Positions 1 to 6,300 of a stretch of 32,255 bases of DNA are shown one piece after another; position 1 is the stretch's first letter, and each line of letters begins with the position of its first letter. Source of the DNA: Chitinophagales bacterium (GTDB lineage Bacteria > Bacteroidota > Bacteroidia > Chitinophagales > JAHDHT01); the NCBI GenBank assembly GCA_020631175.1, contig JAHDHT010000012.1, positions 4,494-36,748 on the forward strand, read 5' to 3'. The notes below the pieces were generated by a model, which was not told where the DNA came from, searched no databases, and saw only the letters and a list, made by a program, of their open reading frames with translations. A program made the position numbers and the translations under genes.

Positions 1-3000
1 GATTGTACTGAGCCTGTTTGTTTTTATGATGCTGTAATTGTAAGCACAGATTGCAATACTGACGGAACATACGATCTTGTAGTTGATGTATCAATTACTG
101 ATCCTTTGTCAAATGAATTCTTAGTAACAGTTGATGGAGTACAATTCGGTCCTTACGCTGATAATTATAATGACGGATTAGAAACCATCACATTAAATGG
201 CTTAGCCGGAGACGGAACAGCAAATGTTCAAGTTACGGTTGCTGATGCTGCAGATGGAACTCCGTTGCAACCTGAAGTAATATTTATTTCAGAATTGCAT
301 TATGATAATTTCGGTGGAGATGTTGACGAACAAATAGAGCTTACTGCCTTAGCAGGAACTGATTTGGCTAACTATGAAATTTATTTGTACAATGGTAACG
401 GTGGGGCAGTATACTCTACTGTCTCATTATCCGGAATTGTTTCAGATGAAGCAAATGGATATGGTACTGAAGTGTTCGATGTTACCGGAATACAAAACGC
501 CGATTTTGATGGAACAGGTGATCCGGATGCAATTGCATTAGTTGACATTACTGATCCGGCAAATCCGATTGTAATTCAATTCATTTCCTACGAAGGAACA
601 TTTATTGGATATGGTGGTCCTGCTGATGGAATTTTATCAGAAGATATTGGAGCTGAAGAACCGGGTGAAGTAGGAGAGAGTCTTCAATTAACAGATGCCG
701 GATGGATAGGACCTGCAGCAAATAGTTTTGACGTGTTAAATGCAAACCTCACTGCTGATAGTACACCCGTTATACAGTCTTGTTCTACAACAATTGATTT
801 TGATGCACCATTGTGTACCGTTTGTATGTTAACCGCTTCCGTTGAAATAGGAGATTGTGATGCTAATGATCTGTTTAATATTGATGTTACTGTTGATGAA
901 ATGGATCCTGCTTCTGCTGAATTTACCATAGATCTGCTTGATGCAAATGGCAATGCTATTTTCAACTATGGAACATTTGATTATACAGCAGACCCTGTTT
1001 CAATAGGCCCGTTCATCGGAGATAATATTACAGCCTATAGTATCAGCGTTTCTGATACCGCAGATCCTGATTGCAGCCAGATTGTAAACTTTGGTCCTGT
1101 TTCATGTGAAATAGTTTATAATCCTTCCATCGAAATCGTAAAAGATGATAGTACACCTGATCCAAATGATGCTTCAGACATGGATGGAACAGATACTCAA
1201 ACAGTTGATGAAGGAGATGATGCAAACTTTACAATTACGGTTACCAATACAGGAGATGAAGATTTGACAAATGTTGTTGTGACTGATCCAAATGGAGCAG
1301 ATTGTGAAGCAACATATACTGATAATGATGGAATATTAGCAGTTGGAGAATCATGGACCTATACCTGTACCGTTACAGATGTATCAGCTGACTTTGTAAA
1401 TACGGCTTTCGTTTCTGCAGATGGAGTAAATTCCGGAACTACGGTAAATGATGATGATGCAACAGCAGTTATCGTTGTGCCAATTACTTGTCCTTCATTA
1501 TTTACTTTTGCAGTAGATCAAAATGTAATTTGCAGTAATACAGAAATTAATTTCACAGCAAGTTTAAATCCTGACGATGCAGAAAATGGAACACTTACAA
1601 TTTCTGATGAGGATGGAAATATTCTTACAAATCTTACAGATGATAATGGTGATTTTAATTACACAGGTTCAATAATAGTTACAAATAATTCATGTGCACC
1701 TACAACCAATAACTACACCGTTACTTTAACATGTACGGATACCGGAGATGTAACAGGTTTCGCAACTGAAGATGTTACCGTTTATCCTTCATCGATAGAA
1801 CAATATGTTTCAGTTGTGACCGATGAAGAAAATTGTATGGCAAATGCAGTAATTGATCCGGCATGTGATGGATTTATTAATGCAACAACTTCATTGAATC
1901 AGGCAGGATTACCTGGACAATTATTTAACTATAGTTTCTGTTTTAGTTATTTCAGTGATTCTTCGCCGGGATGTTTCGATTCAGATTTCTGTATTGATGG
2001 TTCGTTTGAATGTGAAGGATGTGAATTTGATGCAGGCATCCTTCCAACCGGAATAAACAAAACATGTTTTGGTAGTACGGTAAGCATACCGGTCTTTGGA
2101 CAGGAAGTTGGGTCAGGAGGAGTATTAACTTATATTCTTCATGATGGAATAGACAATAATATTGGAACAATTTTAGGAAGTAACCAAACTGGAACATTTA
2201 CCAATGATGGAGATTATCCTTTAAATGTCGATTTATTTATCTGCACGGTTGCCGGTTTTGCAACTCCGAATGGCATTCCTGATTTCAATGATGATTGTAC
2301 AGACATTTCAGATGTATGTACACCAGTTAGATTCTTACTTCCGGTTACAATTGAAAGTAATGAAATCTGTAATGATGCAACTGGTGAATTTACCGTAACC
2401 TTTACCGTTACCGGAGGCACACCGTCTGAGCCTGGATTTAGTGGAACTTATGATGTTACCGGTGATTATACCGGAGAGGTATTTGCTGATACTCCAACTA
2501 CAATTGGTCCATTCTCAGATGGAACAACGTGGAGCATAGAGGTTGATGATGACAAAGGTTGTGGAGCTGTGGCAAGCGGAACTGTTCAATGTGAAAAATT
2601 ACCAATTGAGTTGATTAGTTTCACAGGTGAAGTGATTTCGGACGGAAACCTTCTAAAGTGGGAAACAGCAACTGAAATTAATAATGATTATTTCACATTA
2701 GAACGATCTGTTGATGGAGTAAACTTTGAATTCCTTACAACAATTGAAGGTGCAGGTAATTCCTATTCAAACCTCGGTTACGATTATCTCGATAAAGATG
2801 CGCCAAACGGGCTTAGTTACTACAAGTTATGGCAAACTGATTTCGATGGAACTACAAGCTATGCAGGCATAGTTACGCTGCAAAGAGGTGAATCTTCTTT
2901 CGATATTGTTAGCTTAACTCCGAATCCTGCTGTTAATACAATCAGTATTCAATGGCAATCTCCAACCGAATCTGATATTGAAATTGAAATATTGGATGCA

Positions 3001-3150
3001 ATAGGGCAGTTAGTGGCAGTTTACAATGTAAATAGCATTGACGGACTCAATGAAGCATCCTTGAATATATCAGATTTCGCTTCAGGAATTTATTTCGTAA
3101 ATATGAGAAGCGGAGATAAACTGGATACAATTAAGTTCATTAAGCAATAA
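1..3150 (+). CDS. Large T9SS-secreted multidomain cell-surface protein, 5'-partial (N-terminus lies upstream of the window)
   Basis: Frame 1 is open from nt 1. The TTG at 106 used by the ORF track is internal. Contains an LTD-like segment, a DUF11-like repeat, Cys-spaced modules shared with the next gene, a pre-CTD module ('LISFTGEV..KWETATEINNDYFTLERSVDG..YYKLWQTDFDGT') and a C-terminal tail ending 'GIYFVNMRSGDKLDTIKFIKQ'. Confidence 0.85.
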   Translation, partial: DCTEPVCFYDAVIVSTDCNTDGTYDLVVDVSITDPLSNEFLVTVDGVQFGPYADNYNDGLETITLNGLAGDGTANVQVTVADAADGTPLQPEVIFISELHYDNFGGDVDEQIELTALAGTDLANYEIYLYNGNGGAVYSTVSLSGIVSDEANGYGTEVFDVTGIQNADFDGTGDPDAIALVDITDPANPIVIQFISYEGTFIGYGGPADGILSEDIGAEEPGEVGESLQLTDAGWIGPAANSFDVLNANLTADSTPVIQSCSTTIDFDAPLCTVCMLTASVEIGDCDANDLFNIDVTVDEMDPASAEFTIDLLDANGNAIFNYGTFDYTADPVSIGPFIGDNITAYSISVSDTADPDCSQIVNFGPVSCEIVYNPSIEIVKDDSTPDPNDASDMDGTDTQTVDEGDDANFTITVTNTGDEDLTNVVVTDPNGADCEATYTDNDGILAVGESWTYTCTVTDVSADFVNTAFVSADGVNSGTTVNDDDATAVIVVPITCPSLFTFAVDQNVICSNTEINFTASLNPDDAENGTLTISDEDGNILTNLTDDNGDFNYTGSIIVTNNSCAPTTNNYTVTLTCTDTGDVTGFATEDVTVYPSSIEQYVSVVTDEENCMANAVIDPACDGFINATTSLNQAGLPGQLFNYSFCFSYFSDSSPGCFDSDFCIDGSFECEGCEFDAGILPTGINKTCFGSTVSIPVFGQEVGSGGVLTYILHDGIDNNIGTILGSNQTGTFTNDGDYPLNVDLFICTVAGFATPNGIPDFNDDCTDISDVCTPVRFLLPVTIESNEICNDATGEFTVTFTVTGGTPSEPGFSGTYDVTGDYTGEVFADTPTTIGPFSDGTTWSIEVDDDKGCGAVASGTVQCEKLPIELISFTGEVISDGNLLKWETATEINNDYFTLERSVDGVNFEFLTTIEGAGNSYSNLGYDYLDKDAPNGLSYYKLWQTDFDGTTSYAGIVTLQRGESSFDIVSLTPNPAVNTISIQWQSPTESDIEIEILDAIGQLVAVYNVNSIDGLNEASLNISDFASGIYFVNMRSGDKLDTIKFIKQ
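274..735 (+). other. Lamin-tail-domain (LTD)-like segment of the ExeM/NucH 'IHYDN' subtype
   Basis: 'VIFISELHYDNFGGDVDEQIELTALAGTDLANYEIYLYNGNGGAVYSTVSLSG...DPDAIALVD...IQFISYEGTF...GESLQL' matches from memory the LTD pattern seen at the N-termini of extracellular nucleases. Motif recognition only. Confidence 0.5.
1126..1479 (+). other. DUF11 / 'conserved repeat domain'-like Ig-fold module
   Basis: 'SIEIVKDDS...DEGDDANFTITVTNTGDEDLTNVVVTDP...CE...LAVGESWTYTCTVTDVSADFVNTAFVSA' fits the pattern 'F.I.V.N.G...L.NV.V.D.......L..GES....C.Y.V'. Confidence 0.5.
2902..3147 (+). other. T9SS type A C-terminal sorting domain (CTD)
   Basis: The last ~82 aa are 'LTPNPAVNTISIQW...IEILDAIGQLV...GIYFVNMRSGDKLDTIKFIKQ'. 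This is the canonical beta-sandwich CTD pattern (NP-start, G.Y.V.., K.IK. end). Confidence 0.75.
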
Positions 3151-3171
3151 GAACTTTAAATATGATTAAAA

Positions 3172-3199
3172 GGGGTAATGAAAATTACCCCTTTTTTAT
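3172..3199 (+). terminator. Rho-independent terminator after the first surface-protein gene
   Basis: GGGGTAAT-gaaa-ATTACCCC is a perfect 8-bp stem followed by TTTTTTATT, 22 nt after the stop codon. Confidence 0.7.
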
Positions 3200-3297
3200 T
3201 GAATAAATGCTTCCAAATCAAATATTAAAGGCATTTAGTATATATTAATTAATGAGTAATTTTTAAGTCTTTTCCTTTCTTTTTAATGTTAAAATGA

Positions 3298-3305
3298 TAA
3301 TTTTG
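3298..3305 (+). promoter_or_regulatory. Candidate Bacteroidota -7 promoter box
   Basis: TAATTTTG matches the TAnnTTTG consensus. It lies 67 nt upstream of ATG 3372 and downstream of the preceding terminator. Motif-only call. Confidence 0.35.
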
Positions 3306-3371
3306 TAGGTGGCTTAGTGCGCTAAGTCAGCAAAACGACACCTGACGCATTGAAATAAACAATAGATAGTC

Positions 3372-6300
3372 ATGAAAATAAACACTACTCTTTTTAATCT
3401 ACTGTGCGCAGTAGCATTGATTTTTAGTGTGCATTATCTACAAGCTCAGGATTGTCCTGCAGCCTACACAGGTATTGCAACCAACAGCGAAGATCAATGT
3501 AATGATAACCTGGCTTTTCCAAATGTCGACGATGTTTTTGGAGGTCTGGTTGACGGTATGGGGCAACCATTTACCGGTTCAGGTGCTGTAATAGCATGGA
3601 ATATTGATCCTTTAACTATTTTACCTGCTGCTGTACCTCCGGGCGTATGTGACCCGGTTAGTACAACTTACGTTGCAACAGTTGAATGTTTATCAGGAAC
3701 TGTTTTATTTGCTGACATATATACCTATCAGGTAAATGTATTCCCTGGCGCTGATGCTTATTCTGTTGATGTAATTGCCGGAGATTGCGGTCAATTATCA
3801 GCTATTGTGGCAAGTCCGGGTTCATGTGATGTTTCTGTTGTTTATAATGAAATAATTCCTGCTGATCCTGCAGCTTGTCCTGCCGGAGCAGATGGTTCAT
3901 TTACATATACTGCAACTCCGGCTAATGGAGGAAGTTGCTGGTCTGAATCTGGAGGAGGAATCATTCCTGCATGTGATACATGTGCGGATTGTCCTGATCC
4001 TTCCAACTTTATTCCACCACCAAACTTTGCTGCATGCTCCGGTGCTTTAATTACATTACCAGACCTTTCTGATTTTGTCGATACAAATGGAAATTCAGGA
4101 GCTACCTTTAGCTGGACTTCTGATGCCGGTTTCGATAGTATGGGTGCAAGCACAGGTTCAGAAGTTTTAGTAAATACAGATTGTGCGCCGCTTGTTGTCA
4201 CCTATACATATGGTATTAGTTGTACCGCAACTGGAGAAAATCTCGGTTCAGGAGCATTCTCTGTGACTGTTTTCCCTACAGATGTTTCTGCATTTGTAAC
4301 TGCAACAGATGGTATTTGTGAAGCTACTGTAACAGTAGATCCTTCATGTGCAGGCGTATTAACTGTTACTCAAACAAGTCCTGCTTCATTCCCGGCTCAG
4401 GCAGGAACAAGTGGAACGGCTACATGGGATGTTGCTTATATAGGAGATGACATCCTTCCAACTGAATGTGTTACAGATTTTACTGTATCAGCAAATTATG
4501 ACTGTCCTTCTGAAGAATGTCCTGTTTCTACATACCCGGGTCAATTAAGTTATGATGTTTGTTCTGGCGACGTAGTAGCCTTAGACGACTTAGCCGGTTT
4601 TGTTTCTTCAACTGATAATGTTGAATTTTTATGGACAGGTAGTAATGGTTTTAACAGTAATGGAGCGAGCTCAGGCTCAGAAACCTTAACAAATACAGGT
4701 TGCGCACCAATGACCGTAACGTATACTTATAATATATTATGTACACTAAACGGTGGTTCTGTAATCGATCAAGGTTCATTTAATGTAACTGTTTATCCTA
4801 CTGATATTTCTTCATTCGTTACGGCAGTACCGGGTGGATGTACAGCAACATTCTCTGTAATGTCTGGTTGTGAAAACTTTATAACAGTTACTCCTTACAA
4901 CGCTTCTACTGGTGAAGTTGGAGTAGGAACTGTAACTGCAAGCCTTAACGGATCTAGCTGTGCACCTTTGTATACAGAATCAGTAGCTGTTGATTGTAGT
5001 GTAGATTGTCCTTCATTTGTTTCGTCATCTATTAGTGCTAATGAAGTTTGTAGCGGACAAGCATTGACTGTTTCAGTTCAATTGTCGAATTCAACAAACG
5101 CTATAGCATCGGTAACCGTTGGTGGTCAAAGCACAACTCTAACAGGAGCTGGCAATGGATTATTTACGGGCAACGTAGTTCTTACAAATGCTGATTGTAA
5201 TGCAAGCACTTCTAACTTAAATATTGTTGCTATTTGTACAGATGATAACTCTATTCTTGCAATGTTAAATGAGACAGTAACAGTTTATCCATCTTCATTG
5301 AATGCTTTCGTAAATGTAAGTTCTTTGGATGGATGTAATCTTCAGGCAACTGTTAATGCCGGTTGTGAAAATGTAATCAGTATAGCAGGAAGTCCGGTAT
5401 TTATGGGAGCTGCAGGAACAAGCGGAACTGCTACATTTAACTTTACTTACTCTGGAGATGCACCTTGTCTGGCAAATAGCTTTAGTGTTGATTTCCCTTA
5501 CAACTGTGCTCCAATGGGTGATGTTTGTCCTATGACGAATGTTCAGATTCCTGCGTCTATGGATGTATGTGGTGGTCAGTCAGTTGTACTTCCTGATTTA
5601 TCAGACTTCCTATTCATTACTGATCCTGATCAAAATGGTTTTGTTTCCTATAACTGGATAGCGACTAATGGATATTCAAGTAATGGTGCAAGTTCTGGTT
5701 CAGATACTCCGGTAAATAATACCTGTAACGTTCAAACCGTAATTTATTCATATAGCATAACATGTGATTTGAATGGTGCATTACTTGCACAAGGTTCAAT
5801 GTCAGCGAATGTTTATCCTTCCAATTTGGCTGCTTTTGCAACTGCTAACGATGGTGAATGTTCTACTTCGGTAACTATTGACCCGACTTGTGGTAGTAAT
5901 ATTATTGTTACACCTCCAAGTCAGACTGCAGCTCCGGGAACTTCCGGTCAACATAACTATATGTTAGTATGGAATGGTGGAGGAACTTGTTCAGATGTAG
6001 CAACTATTACTGCTAACTATAACTGTGCAGGTCAAATGGACGATTGTCCGACTGCAATTATTGCTTCTGCTTCAAGCCTGCAAGCTTGTGATGGGGAAGT
6101 GGTTAGCTTATCAGCAACAAGTAACAATGGATCTGCTATTAACACAACATGGACAGATCAGAATGGAAACGCAGTAGCAAATCCTTCTGCAGTAACGGTT
6201 ACTTCAAACGGATGTGCCCCAGGTTCATTTACTTATACTGTTCTGGCAACTTGTGTTGATAATCCGGCTGTTTCATTTACTGAAACAGTTACCGTAACAG

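Noticed and set aside
684-965. Antisense or shadow ORFs listed in the track inside larger genes: 684-965, 1043-1225, 1952-2197, 2214-2420, 3842-4201, 6797-7018, 7282-7542, 10112-10297, 11125-11562, 11640-11846, 13284-13466, 13796-13987, 16776-17015, 18199-18501, 19075-19278, 19797-20159, 22189-22467, 25765-25950, 27503-27856, 29220-29504, 30178-30399.
   Set aside because: Each lies wholly inside a longer ORF with strong family motifs on the other strand or frame. The translations are low-complexity or compositionally odd, with no recognisable motifs. They are typical of frames left open by AT-rich or biased codon usage.
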